Shown in pieces: positions 32,618-47,979 of a stretch of DNA of 64,000 nucleotides (position 1 is its first letter; each line of letters begins with the position of its first letter). Below the pieces are notes generated by a model. That model saw only the letters and a program-made list of their open reading frames with translations, was not told the DNA's origin and ran no database searches. Both the position numbers and the translations under genes were made by a program. This DNA comes from the human T2T-CHM13v2.0 reference genome, Homo sapiens. The stretch is from assembly GCF_009914755.1 (NCBI RefSeq), contig NC_060930.1, one strand, 5' to 3'.

Positions 32618-32749
32618 AAAAATTATTTTCTAACAATCATACAAAAAATGAATTGTTATTAAAATACTTTGTTGTAAATTGAAGATATATATACATATAT
32701 AAATATAAATATATATACATATATAAATATAAATATATATATATATACA

Positions 32750-33157
32750 CAATTCACCCTTGGACAACATGGGTTTGAACTACATGGGTACATGAATTTT
32801 CTTCTGCCTCTGCTACCCCTGAGACAGTAAGACCAACCCCTCCTTTTCCTCCTTCTTCTCAGCCTACTCAGAGTGAAGGCGACAAGAATGAAGGCCTTTA
32901 TGATGATTCATTTCCACTTGATGAACAGAAATATATTTTTTCTTCCTTATGATTTTCTTAATACCATTTTGTTTATTTATTTTATTGTAAGAATACAGCA
33001 CATAATACATATAACATATGAAATATGTGTTAATCGATTACTTAGGTTATTGGTAAGGCTTCCAGTCAACAACAGGCTATTAGTAGTTAAGTTCTGGGGT
33101 ACTTTGTACAGGGAAGGCGCAGCACCTCTAACCCCTGCATTGTCCAAGGGTCAACTG
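32750..33157 (+). mobile_element. Tigger2a DNA transposon
   Basis: TIRs caattcacccttggacaa and ttgtccaagggtcaactg followed by TA; internal sequence matches recalled Tigger2a. Confidence 0.85.
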
Positions 33158-35519
33158 TATGTATTTAATATACACATATATACACATACATGTGCCCCCC
33201 ACTTCAGGGAAGAGCTCTAATCTTTTAGGATACTATCCAGCTCTGCCTTTCATTGTCTCATATAGAATGGCAACATGGTATTCCGTCATCCTCTCTCTTA
33301 GCCCCGATATTGAGTACTAGTCATAAAAATTACTTCTTTCATCCAACTCAGCACTAATTGTAAAACAAGCAACCCTCTCACCCCCCAAATCCCAAAGTAT
33401 CTACCAGTTACTCAGCTTAGTGTTTAATCATTGCCTTATCTTCTTTTTGGGTATTGACTGAATCTCTCATATTGCAACTGCATTTTCAGTAGTCATTAAA
33501 AAATACCAAAAGGTTTCAGTCTTTTTTGTAGCAAGTTGCATAGCTTAAAAGTCATTTTGATATCAAGCTAAAGTATAAATTCAATGAAAAATAAATCCAC
33601 CAAATCACTACTTTAGTGCCGTTGATACAAAAATTAGCTGATTGAATTTCTCACTTTTTAATCAGTTTTCTGATGTATATACACATAGTCCAAGTCAACA
33701 ACTAACTTAGCTGTCTTTTCTATGTAGTAAATAAATAATATAGGATATATAAAATAAACTTTCTTCAGGAATCACAAACTGTGCCCCTAGATCCCCACAA
33801 TCTGTGATAGAACATTCCACACACAACAAATGCTTAAATTGGCAAGAAACCCAGATTACCGTGTTGGACTCAAAGTTGAGGACACATAAATATTTTTTTT
33901 AATCCTGCAAATGTTAATACCAGAGTATTTTTAGCCTTCTTGTGTTTGATTTTGGCTTCAATGTGACTTTCCTCAGAAAACGTGCTCATTTTCTTCACAG
34001 CATTTATCAATATCCATCATTGTTAGTTTTTTATGTATTGTCTACCTCCTCCATTATTTTAAAGCTCTATAAGGACAGAGATTATATGCACATATTTACT
34101 AAAATATATCCAGCATCTTAAACAGAACCTATGAATGGTAGACATTCAATAACTAGTTGTTAGATGAACGAACGAGTACATTGAAATAGCACAGACATGA
34201 GTGATTACAGCTTAGACTGCTTTTCTTAGCCGGGTGGATGTAGCTTTAGGAAACCTGCAATACCTGGAACAGCACTGAAAGCTGAATGTTGGTGAGGAAC
34301 ACTCAGAAGCTAAAAGCAGAAACTCCAAGTTCACATCGGTTTTCTTCAGTTTGTGATGTCAGAATGAGGATTTGTTTGGGAGAATCGGTAACACCTGCTT
34401 TCCTATTTATCCATTCTTTGCTCTCCTCTGCTAATGAGACAATATAGTCAGCACCTGCCTGATTGTAAGCCCGAAAGACTTCCCACTACTTACTTGTTAT
34501 TTGTTTTCAACAGGCATATCCCATCATCCATCAGGTTCACAGTTCATGTTGTGAGTGTGGCATGTTTATGTTTTAAGGATAAATAACCTTTTATACATGC
34601 TACACATGCCACTTTAGATTCTGTTCAGTAGCAAGAAACAGGCCAACTCAAATGAAAAGTAATTAGACAACAGATTCAGAAATTCTTTCATAAGGAATAG
34701 GCTATCAGTGAAAAGATTGTAAGAGATTGTTCAGGAAAAGGAGTACATGCCATTATAGATGTCTACTTAATGTAAGGAAAAATAAGAGGTTGGCAATTTT
34801 GAGTGGGCAATAGGACATTGTGTGAGAAACAATGTCAGGTCTTCTTCCCTGAGATTTTAGGCAATCAACAGATTTAATCCCTTAAGCAAACGCAGACAAC
34901 TATGGTTTGACCAGCTTGGTGAATTATTGATGATACTGTAGCTGCTTCAGTTGACCAACAATCATCGAGAGTTTCCTTCGAAAACTTACTTGTAGGAAGA
35001 GATAATAGAACTCTTAAAAAAAAAACAGATAGAAAACCCTCTCTATTATGATTAGAAAAGACAGTGTACAGATAACCAATTTAAAAAGATAACAAATTTA
35101 CCTAGGACTGCTGTATAGAATTCTGGTTGATTAGATTCTTCAATCAACAGTAGTTTTGTTTAACTGAATCCATTGATTTGTCCTCAAATACTGTAGAAAT
35201 AAATGTGTATAATCCTTTAAATTGTTAAAGTAGAAAATGCAAGTTGGAAACAAGAAATGAGGTTGAATCATGGATATTCTTGTGCTATTATCAAATTTCT
35301 TGTACAGTCAGAGGTAAACTGATTATGTAGTAATTCAATGCTTTAGGAAAGTATAGAGAGAACTTGGATCATTTATATCAGCAATTCTATAGTGAGAATT
35401 GCTTACTTTATCTAAATTAGCCTCAGATAATTACCTGGCAGTTGATCAAAGTTACTTTTCATTTGCCTATAGTTGCTTTCTTTTCTTGTTGAAGAGGCAT
35501 ATTAAACCACGCCTATGAT

Positions 35520-37710
35520 ACTTCGTTTATTCATCAAATACTTACTAAATGTCTACTATGTGTTAGGCATTGTTCTTAGTGCTGAAGAAACAGAAGTGAA
35601 CGAAATAGGGTAGAAAAAAACTCATAAAGTTTACATTATAACAGAGAAGGCAGGCAATGACAACAATATACGTTTTGTAATATCTTAGAAGGTATTAAGA
35701 AGATTTTGAAAAATAATAAAGCAGTGAAAGGCATAGGAAGTTCTAGAGTAGGGTTGAAATTTTAGTCAGGCAAGTTGGTCAGTAAAGGCCTTGTTAAGAA
35801 CTCAAACAAATTTATAAGAAAAAAAAAACCCCATCAACAAGTGCGCGAAGGATATGAACAGACACTTCTCAAAAGAAGACATTTATGCAGCCAACAGGCA
35901 CATGAAAAAATGCTCATCATCACTGGCCATCAAAGAAATGCAAATCAAAACCACAAAGAGATACCATCTCACACCAGTTAGAATGGCAATGATTAAAAAA
36001 TCAGGAAACAACAGATGCTGGAGAGGATGTGGAGAAATAGGAACACTTTTACACTGTTGGTGGGACTGTAAACTAGTTCAACCATCGTGGAAGACAGTGT
36101 GGCAATTCCTCAGGGATCTAGAACTAGAAATACCCAAAGGATTATAAATCATGCTGCTATAAAGACACATGCACACGTATGTTTATTGCAGCATTATTCA
36201 CAATAGCAAAGACTTGGAACCAAGCCAAATGTCCAACAATGATAGACTGGATTAAGAAAATGTGGCACACATACACCATGGAATACTATGCAGCCATAAA
36301 AAATGATGAGTTCATGTCCTTTGTAGGGACATGGATGAAGCTGAAAACCATCATTCTCAGCAAACTATCACAAGGACAAAAAACCAAACACCTCATGTTC
36401 TCACTCATAGGTGGGAATTGAACAATGAGAACACTTGGACACAGGAAGGGGAACATCACACACTGGGGCCTGTTCTGGGGTGGAGGAGGGGGGAGGGATA
36501 GCATTAGGAGATATATCTAATGTAAATGATGTGTTAATGGGTGCGGCACACCAACATGGCACATGTATACATATGTAACAAACCTGCACGTTGTGCACAT
36601 GTACCCTGGAACTTAAAGTATAATAAAAATATTTTTAAAAAAAGAAGAAGAAGAAGATATGCAAGCAAAGACTTAGAGAAGGTGAGGGAAGGAAGCATGT
36701 GGATGTGGGAAGTAAAAGTGATCCAGGCAGAGATGAGTGCAACGGCCTGAAGAGGGATCCCAGCAGGATAGCACAGGGATGGGTGATTTGGAGTAAAGGG
36801 AGCAAGGGGAGCATAGTATGAGAAATATTAGAGAGCTGACAGCCATATCATAAGGGCTTTTTCAGGACTTTGGTTTTTACTCTGAAATTGGAAGTCACTG
36901 GAAGATTTTGACTAGTAGAATGATATATTCTGATTTAGATTTTTAAAGATTACTTTGTCTCTGTTGAGAATAGATTGCAGGCTACTTGGTAACTCTTGCA
37001 ATAATTCAGGCAAGATGATGTTGGCTCTGATAAGGCTGGTAGTAGTAAAGGAAGTGAGAAGTAGGCAAAATCTGAATATATTTTAAAAAATGGAGCCAAT
37101 GGGATTTGCTGACATAATGCACATGGGACATAAGAAAAAAATGAGGAGTCAAGGTTGACTACAAATTTTCATTCTGAGCAACTGGAAGCACCAAGTTGCA
37201 ATTACTTCGGAAGAATAAGAATGCAGGAGTAGCAGATTTAGAGTGAGAAATACCGGAATTTCAACGTTGGATCTTTCAGTTTGAAATATCTATAATTCAT
37301 ATTTAAATGAAGGTGTCAAGGCCATAGAATATATGAGTGCAATGATCAGAAGTGATGCTCGGGTGAGAAATATAATATGAAAAATCATCATCATGTATAT
37401 GGTGTTAAGGCCATGGAACTAGAAGAGATCTTCTCATCAACTATTAGTGAAGATGTTAAAGAGATGAGTTCCAAAGTCTGACTCCTGAAACACTCCATTG
37501 TCAGAGGATAGAAAAGGCAGAAGAATGAGCAGAAGCGACCGGTGAGGTAGGAGAAGGCTCAGGAGATAAAGAAGAGTTTCGAGGATTGATCTATATTGTC
37601 AATGCTGCTTAGGTGAAATAAGATGAGGACTAAAAACTGAGCACTGGATTTAGCAATGTTCAGGGCATTGATAACCTTGACAAGAATAGTTTTGGTGAAG
37701 TAGTGGGGGA
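35520..37710 (-). mobile_element. L2 LINE, split by an L1PA insertion
   Basis: Reverse-complement L2 3' end (ttattcatcaaatacttactaaatgtctactatgtg), with collinear L2 text continuing after 36650. Confidence 0.75.
35798..36650 (+). mobile_element. 5'-truncated L1PA (approx. L1PA4-6)
   Basis: ORF2 C-terminus plus 3'UTR and tail. ~35-bp internal deletion at ~36133 between ATACC microhomologies. Confidence 0.9.
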
Positions 37711-38192
37711 TAAATTAAATATTTGTTAGTCATATAAATGGCCACCTCCAGACTGATACCTGAGTCACTGTGGATTTATCAGGTTAATATTGTAATATTT
37801 GAAATATTTCTGAAATTTATTAAATTTAGATCCTAAAAACATAATGTATAGTAATAATGTTTATATTGTTATTGTTACCACATATAAAGCTATTAGTATC
37901 ATCCCATCAAAATAAACCTAAAATACAAATTTCAGCACGTATTTCTTCTGCATGATTCATTACCCACTGCTTGGACATCTTCAGCCACAAAACTCCTAAC
38001 TTTCAGTTCCTCAGTGACTCATGCATGACTCTTCACAACCTAGACCCCAGTCCTCCTCCAGCTTATCCCCTGATGATCTCCCCTTGCCTCCCTATTCTGA
38101 AGCCACATTGAAGGTGCTTCATACTCGCTGTGCCTTTTTACACATTGTCCCCTGACTTAACTACTTATTTTGCATGTTCAAGAAATGAAGTA

Positions 38193-38512
38193 TAGTCATG
38201 CACAGATAATGCTTCTGTCAACAATGGACTACATATATGACAGTGGCAGTCTCCTAATATTATAATAAATTATTTTCACTGTACCTTTTCTATCTTTAGA
38301 TATCTTTAGATACACAAATACTTCCAATTGCCTTACAATTGTTTGCAGCATTGTAGCTCAGGAGCAATAGGCTATACAATATAGCCTAGGTGTATAGTCG
38401 GCTATACCATCTAGGTTTGTCTGAATATACTCTATGATGTTCACACCACAATACAATCACCTAATGATGCATTTCTCAGAATATATTCCTGTTGTTAAAT
38501 GATACATGACTG
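38193..38512 (+). mobile_element. Tigger3a DNA transposon
   Basis: TA|tagtcatgc ... catgactg|TA termini; internal sequence matches recalled Tigger3a. Confidence 0.85.
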
Positions 38513-38704
38513 TACTTAGTGTAAATGTAACAAAACATGCACAGGGCTTGTATACTTTACAGCAGCCTGTGTTATAATTTTTGCTTCATTTGTCAATTGT
38601 AATTTAGGGAACTCAAGAGAAAAATGATGATGTGTTTTATTTACCCACATTTTTACTCTCCATTGTCCTCTCTTCTTTTCTGGTGTTTCAGGATTTCTTC
38701 TTGT

Positions 38705-39262
38705 GTTAATTATATATTTTTTATCCTGATTTTTGTACATTGGTATCTTGGGGCCTTGTTGACCCTGGAGAGACTGCCCCTCCCAGGGCTAGGTAATTCC
38801 TAACGATAGTAAAAAACTTACCATTTACATCCAAACCAACCAAACCAGAGCCCATGTCCCCAACAACGCACTTTGTCAGCCTCTCACACTCTGGGCCATT
38901 ATCCGGCTGCCCTAATCATTCCAGTGCCAGGTAACAGATAGCTAGCAATAGTTCCAATTTCTAGAGCCCACCGAAATTATGCAAACTAGCCAATTCTACA
39001 CCTGCTTACCCATCATCTCCTGTTCCTTCTCTTGGAAACCAGAATAAAGGCTCCTAGCTCATGTTCTGCTCACCCCCAGTCGATCTCCCTCTGCATACTG
39101 ATGGACTGCATTACTTCCCATTGCGGCCCTGCATAGCATGCCAAGCCTCCTGTTTCTAGGAATCTGTTAGTATGAAAAACTTCTTCCTTCATGACAGTCA
39201 TTTCTGTATCTGTGTGTCTTACCATATCTGATTAAAACAAATCCTGGGTTCCTTTAAAACAC
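38705..39262 (+). mobile_element. Solo ERV LTR (LTR47-like)
   Basis: TG...CA ends, gaccctggagagactgcccctcccagggctag core, and AATAAA at ~39043. Confidence 0.6.
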
Positions 39263-41319
39263 TTTTTTAAATCATTCCTTTCTATTTGGAGAATTTCCTT
39301 CCAGTCATTTTGTTAGGATAGGCCTGCTATGATAAATTCTGTTTTCCTTCAATTCTGAATGTCTTGAATTTCCTTTCATTCTTGAAAAATGTTTTCACTG
39401 GTAGATGATTCTGACTTGACAGTTCTTTTCTTTCAGCACTTGAAAAATATTATGCCACTTTCTTCCCAAAAGTGGAAGTCAGTTATGTGTTAATAACTGT
39501 TGCATATTGTTGTATCAATTTGCCATCCATCTATGTTTTCCACTAAATTTGAATACCTTGAAGTTTTTATTCAAGTACAATTCCAAGTGCCAAACACCCT
39601 GTTTGGCCATTAGTAGGTGTGCCACAAAGACTTGCAGAACAAATTGATCTTGAAAAAATAATATCTGATACTTAAAGCAATATTTAATACTTATTCTGTC
39701 CAAGGAATTTCAAATTGTTAACTCCCTAGAAATGAGCACTTATGATTTATAAATCACTTTTCTACTAAGATGTACCTTTCTATGAGATAAATAAAATTTA
39801 CACTTTACAAAAGGTAAGGATGAATCTTTAGTTCTGCTTTTATTCAGATCAAGTGTCTATCCTGCCAAAATTACTAGAAAAATTGTCAGCTCTAACATTT
39901 ATAGATATTTTTTCCTTTCTTAATTTCCATCTACAGATATACTAAAGATTCTGGAGCAGATTCAGGAAGTCAAATTAATTGGCTATATATACTGAAATTT
40001 GAAGTAGACATAATTTCAAGAAAACTGTGTACTATTTCTCAATATTTTATACTATTAATATATTTATCCTAGAATACTAAGATAAAATAGGATAAAAGAT
40101 AAAATGCAAATTGTTTTTCTTTTCTCCTACTAAGTATGTAAACATTGCTTTTAATGAGATGTGGTTGAAACATTTGGTTTGAACTTCATAGTTCAGTTTT
40201 TGTGTTTATCTAATAGTAACAGAAAATATGTATTTTGGAAAACACAGATGATCAAAGGCTTCCCCCATTTGTCTTCAAAGACAGTAAAGAAAAAAACAGG
40301 AAAAGAGTAATAATTAACATTTTCCAACTTTTGAACTTTGTTACTATCTTTTAGTGTATTTTTACATTTAACTTTCATAGTTAGTTTATAACCATTATAC
40401 TTTGCTTTAGTAAACAAAAGATGATGAAAGCATTTTCTCGTGATCATAAAGTAAGCAAAAAAAACCCCTAACTCCACTTTAAAAATCCTCCAGGAGATAT
40501 AAGAAAAACAAAACATTAATGAGTTACAGAGTCAAAGAATGACAGAATGCTAGCAAAAGTCTTCTGATGACTTCCTAGTTTGGGTACCAGGAAAATCAAA
40601 TAAAGCGTTTTATGTGAGCTACAAGAGGAAGAGACAAAGAATTAAAATCTCTAGGTTAGTTTTTCCAAACTGTTCCTTAAGATGTTAATAGTTGTCCTTT
40701 GATAAAAGAATTTTTATGTATGAATAAAATGTGAAACACTGGGTTGAATTAAGAACAGTGGTCAGATTATTTATTTATTTATTTTCTCTAGCGCTCTCAC
40801 ATCTCAGCCTTTATTTAGCCTAGAGAGACATAGCCTGCAGCATTTCCTAAACCTGGAAAATGGATGTGCTGCCACTGATTTTCCACTAGTTACTTTTGGT
40901 CTTCCCACATGCTTCCTCTCACAGAGCCATAATCATGATGGGTAAACCTTTTATAGTCCTAATTTCCAAAGTAGCTTCAAGTCCAGTCATTTATTACAGG
41001 GCACTAAGGGAGCATTTTAAAAAAACTGGTGTTTTATTGTTGATTTATATTTTAATAGCTAGAAAATATGATCTGATCTCATTATATACTGATAACAAGT
41101 ATAAATCAGTACTGTATAATACTGATTTTTTTAAGCTGTTATTAAGACTTTCTTTGTGACATGGTCAATTTTTATAAACAGCCTATGTATGCTTAAAAAG
41201 GATGCAAATTCTCTATTTGTCAGTCTTAAAAATACATATCATGACGCTCCTAAATATTATTTATTCTTACTGTTTTTGCTCTTTTGCTTGAGCTATCAAT
41301 CTCCCATGGTTAGATATAT

Positions 41320-42530
<1,211 letters not shown>

Positions 42531-43189
42531 TAAAGCTATCCACTAATGGGGATTTGTTAATGTCATTTTGAAATTTGGCCAGTTTTGCTGTATATATTTC
42601 AAGCTACATTACTAGGTGTACATATACATGTTTATGATAGTTACATTCTCTTCGTGGGTTTTTCATTTTATCCCTAGTATCATGTTTTGTCTTAAATCCT
42701 ATTTTGTCTGATACTAAAATTATACTGCCAGCTTTCTTCTGGCTAGCACTTACCTGGTATATATTACTCCATAATTTTTTGACTTTTGTGTTCCATTTTG
42801 TTTTAGGATTGTCTTGTAAGCACATACAGTTAAGAGTTTTTTAAAAAAAATCTACCTGATTTCAAAATTCTCTGATTTTAATAGGTAAATTAATCCATTT
42901 ACCTGTAGTGTGATTCCTACTACATTTGAAGTTACTTCCATCTCTTCTTTTCCTTTGCTTGCCACCCTCCTTTACTGCCTCATACTGAAATGATAAAGTT
43001 TTCTTTATTTTTTCACTTTTACTCGTTGGTGTGAAAGCTATCAATTGCATATTGAAGATAAGTTTATCATTAGTCTTTCTGGTTTCTTTGTAGCTAAACA
43101 GTGTTTCTCTCAGGTTACACTTCATATTTTCCATTCATCTTATTTTCCATTTTTACTATGTTATGCTGAACTGGGGATGTATTTAACTA

Positions 43190-44100
43190 TTTTTATTGTG
43201 GTGTGATATATGTACAGGTAACAGCACAACATCTTGATTAATTTTTACAAATTAAGCATATGTATACCTACACTGACATCAAGATACAGAATATTGCCAT
43301 CACTCTAGAAGACTCCCTAAGCCTACTGCCAGTCATTACCTTCCAGTAAGGATAGCTACTCTTCTGACTTTTATCACATAGAGTTTTATCTGGATTTAAA
43401 TTACATATAAATAGACTCATACAGCGTTTGGTTTCTTTTGCTTAGCAATATGCTTATGAGGTTTATCCATTTTGTCATATAAACTGTAATTAATTTTTTT
43501 CAGTGCTGTATAGAATTCCATTGTAAAAATATATCACATTAATTTATCCATTCTACTATTGGCTGATATTTGGATTGTTCCTAGATTGGGATACTAAAAA
43601 AATCATCCTATGAATATTCTTGTAATATATTTTGGTAAATATACGTGTATTTTTACAACATATTTTCAAGGGATAAAATTTAATTGATGGGTCAAAAGGT
43701 AAATGTATGTTTAGCTTCAGTAGAAAGTGCTAATTGGTTTTCAACATAGTTGTATACATTTTCAGTCTCTGTAGTAATGTATGAGAGTCCCAATTGTTTC
43801 TTTTCCTTTTTATACTTGGTATCATCATCTTTTTCATTTTAGCCATTTTAGTGGATGTCTCATAAGCTTAATGTGCATTTTACTGGTGAACAAAGTATTG
43901 AACAACTTTCTAAATGCTGATTAGCCATTTGGAAATATTTTTCATGAAGTGCCTTTTCTAAGTGTTTTTACCTTAAAAACAGAGTTTGTCTCTTTTTCTC
44001 ATCAACTTAAAGGAGACTTTTATAATTTTGGATGCAAGTTCTTCATTAGACACATGTATTAAAAATATTTTCTAGCACTCTGTATCTTGTTTTTTCAGAT
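43190..44100 (-). mobile_element. Old L1ME-type 3' end
   Basis: Reverse L1 3' text (aatttatccattctactatt..., tttagccatttta). Boundaries approximate. Confidence 0.65.
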
Positions 44101-45952
44101 TCCTTTCCATTGTTATTCCCTAAAGCATCAGGGAAAAACAGTGTACCTTTAGGTGAGAATGACTTGTCCAAGAACATAACTTCACAGATAAGTTAGGAAA
44201 ACATAGTTCTTTTGTTGCTAAACTGGCAACTTCCATAAATGCTAGCAAAACTTCACAATGAGACTGAAGCTGCATTTCAAGAGGGGTGAGCAAATGCTAT
44301 AGTTTTGGCACTGAGGGAGATATTTGCTAGTTTCACTTGATCCCTAGGCTCCTGAGTTAGAATTGACTCCTAGGACAAAATGTACGCTGGCCATCAATTG
44401 GATACCTTAAATTGAGGTATGTTTAGCTTTAGTAGAAAGTGCTAAACCAGCAATGCACGTTTTTAAGTTAGTTCTTCCTTTAAAACTTAGAAAATGAATT
44501 TTGATATTAGGCAGATGAGCATCAAAACATGAGTTAGCCAAGGCTAGGCTCAAATTCTGTCTTTATCACTTACTAGTCAAATGAACGCAGTCAAGTAACT
44601 TAATTTGTCAGTTCCCTTATCTGTAAAATATAGTTGATAATGCTGACCTCCTAGAGCTGCTATGAAGATTAAATGAGGCCTAGTATGGAAAACACCTGTT
44701 TTAGCACCAGATATCCGTCAGTAGCTGCTTAATAACTTTATTAATAGTAGGAGAATAAGTAGAATCAGCCTCTCCCTCATACTTGAAGTGTGCGGGTGAG
44801 GCACTTATCCATCATTTGTAATCTGTAGTTCACTTTGAAAGCATTGAGTCCAAAGTTTAGATGAGATTTAAAGCCCCCTAAGCAGCTCAGAAGCAAAACG
44901 CTGAAGTGTTGACCCTGTGTGGTGAGAGGACCTCCCTCCAAAAGTTCTAGATTTCACATTCTAGGCTGAATCCAATCATTTTTACAGTTATTTTGAAACA
45001 TTTAAAAAGTTATTTATTATATTTGAAAAAATTTTCTATTAAAAAAGAGATTATATAATAGGACAGATGTTTGCTCACATGCCCACATTTTTTTCCTTGT
45101 TGTTAGGAACAAGGCTTGTGAAAATCTAGAAAAATATTATTCAACATCCCCACCTACTGGTAACTTGAAATAATATATTCCATTTTCTAGCACTCTGTGC
45201 TTCTACATAGCCACTTGGTGAACCCCTTCACCTCCCTTCAGTATTTGCTCAAACATCACCTTCTCAACGAGGCCTACACTGATGACCTTCATTAACACTA
45301 TTATCCTGGCCTCCTGGTATTCCCACCCCCAAGCACTCTTGATCCCACTTATCCTGTATAATTTTGACTTTATTCCATATTCATGTCCTTTTAACCTGTT
45401 GTATAATTTATTCATTCATAATATTATCTAATTGTCTTGGCTAAAATATCAGCTCCCCAAAGGCCAGATTTTTTTCTGTTTTGTTCAATGAATCCCAAGT
45501 GCCTGACACATACTAAGTGCTCAGCAATATTTGTTGAATATTTGAATAACTGCATTTACCTTGAACTAATAAGGTTGCATTATCACTCCTGAGCAGATAT
45601 GGGGCCTCGAGAAGTAAGTTTACTTCAGTTTTAGAGAAAAATATGTTCAACCTTAGCTCACCTGAATTCTATAAATGTGAAATTTCTTCTTTGCTGTATT
45701 CATTTGGACCAGACATTCTAATCAAGTCATTGAATCCTGAGAACAAAAGAATTTTCTAAACAAAATACAGTCACCATCATTGTCATTATTGTCATTGTCA
45801 TCAACATCATCATCTTTGTGACTGCTTGTAAACCCAAATTGAAAGGCAAGAATAAATTTCACCAGTCCAATTTTTGGAGTGAGACAATAGACAAAGCATT
45901 GTTTCAGCTTATTTTCATTCATTAATTTTGTAACAGTTCTCCTTTTTGAGCC

Positions 45953-46364
45953 TGATATAGTTTAAATATTTGTCCCCACCCAAATCTCATGCTTAATTGT
46001 AATCCCCAATGCTGGATGTGGGGTCTGGTGGGAGATGTTTGGATCATTGGGATGGATCTCTCATGTCTTGGTGCTGTCTTTGTGATAGTGAGTTCTTGCA
46101 AGACCTGGTCATTTAAAAGAGTGTGGCACCTCCCCCTGCTCCACTCTCTCTTCTTGCTTCTGCTTTTGCCATGTGACATTCCTGCTCCCCCTTTGTCTTC
46201 CACCATGATTATAAGCTTCCTGAGTCCTCTTTAGAAGCTGAGCAGATGCCAGCACCATGCTTCCTGTGAAGCCTGCAGAACCTTGAGCCAATTAAACCTA
46301 ATTTCTTTATAAATTACCCTGTCTCTGGTATTTCTTTATAGCAGTGCAAGAACAGCCTGACACA
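45953..46364 (+). mobile_element. MSTB solo LTR
   Basis: tgatatagttt...ctgacaca, with 5-bp TSD gagcc at 45948-45952 and 46365-46369. Confidence 0.9.
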
Positions 46365-47427
46365 GAGCCCAATTAAGTTTCCTTCTTTTTCTAGTCTGCT
46401 GAGTGCTTTTACATGAGTGGTTGGTGAATTATGTCAAATGCCTTTTCTATGTTTATTGAGGTGCTGATTTTTCTTTATTGTATTAATGTAATACATTATA
46501 TTGATTAATTTTAGAAAATTATGGTATTCTTGCTTTCCTGGAATAACCCCCTTTGCATAATGTATTATCTTTTTAATATATTGTTGAATCTATTTTGTTG
46601 AGATATTTTGCATCTATGCTTATAAGTGATATTCTGTAATTTGCTTTTCTTGTAATGTCTTTGTCAGTTTTTGACAGGTGGGTTATGCTGATGTCATAAA
46701 ATGAGTTGGAAAGTGATATGGTTTGGTTCTGTGTCCCCACCCAAATCTTGTGTCAAATTGTAATCCCCACGTGTCATGGGAGAGACCTGGTAGGAGGTGA
46801 TTGGATCTTACAAGAACGAGAGTTCTTACAAGATCTGATGGTTTAAAAGTGTGTGGTAGTTCCCTCCTTGCTCTCTCTCTCCTTCTATGCCATGGTAAGA
46901 TGTGCCTTGCTTCCCCTTTGCCATGATTGTAAGTTTCCTGAGGCTTAGAAATTTCTCCCAGTCATGCGTCCTGTTAAACCTGCAGAACTGTGAGTCAATT
47001 AAACCTCTTTTCTTCATGAATTACCTAGACTCAGGTAGTTCTTTATAGCAGTGTGATAATGAACTAATACATAAAATTGGTACTGGGAGTGGGGCACTGC
47101 TACAAAGGCAACTGAAAATGTGGAACAGCTTTGGAGCTGGGTAATGGTACAGGTTGGAATAGTTTGGAAGGCTCAAAAGAAGACAGGAAAGTATGGGAAA
47201 ATTCAGAAATTTCTAGAGACTTGTTGAATGGCTTTGACCAAAATGCTGATAGTGATATGGACAATGAAGTCCAGGCTTAGGTGGCCTCAGATGGAGATGA
47301 GGAACTTATTGGGAACTGGAATAAAGGTCACTCTTGCTATGCTTTAGCAAAGAGACTGGTGGCATTTTGCCCCTATACTAGATCTGTGGAACTTTGAACT
47401 TGAGAGGGATGATTTAGGGTATCCGGC

Positions 47428-47979
47428 TGTGATGGTTAATATTAAGTGTCAACTTGATGGGTTTGAAGGATGCAAAGTATTATTTCTGAGTGTGTCTGTG
47501 AGGGTGTTGCCAGAGGAAATTAACATTTGAGTCAGTGGACTGGGAGAGGAAGACTCCACTCTCAGTGTGGGTGGGCACTATCCAACTGGCTGCCTGCTTG
47601 GCTAGAAAAAGCAGGTGGAAGAAGGTGGAATAAGCTGGCTTACTGAGTCTTCCAGTTTTCATCTTTCTCTTATGCTGGATGTCTCCTGCCTTTGAACATC
47701 AGATTCCAGGTTCTTTGGCCTTTGGAGTCTTGGGCTGACACCAGTGGTTTGCCAGGGGCTCTCAGTCTGTGGCTGAAGGCTGCACTGTTGGCTTCCCTCC
47801 TTTTGAGGCTTTGGGACTCGGACTGAGCCACTACTGGCTTCCTTGCTCCTCAGCTTGCAGACAGCCTATTGTGGGACTTCACCATGTGATCATGTGAGTC
47901 AATTCTCCTTAATAAACTCTAGTTCGTATATACATATATCCTATTAGTTCTCTCCGTCTGGAGAACCCTGACTAATATA
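47428..47979 (+). mobile_element. MLT2A2 (HERV-L) solo LTR inside THE1D-int
   Basis: tgtgatggttaatattaagtgtcaacttga...gagaaccctgactaatata, ~550 bp. Confidence 0.88.

Noticed and set aside
32685-32749. AT-rich tandem (ATATATATACATATATAAATATAA)-like repeat
   Set aside because: Ordinary TA microsatellite expansion next to a Tigger TA target site.
31934-34720. 17-bp exact repeat ATCAGTGAAAAGATTGT at 31934 and 34704 (2.77 kb apart)
   Set aside because: Short enough to arise by chance in 64 kb of AT-rich DNA and does not extend. The similar ~2.7-2.8 kb spacing to other duplicates is not enough to claim periodicity.
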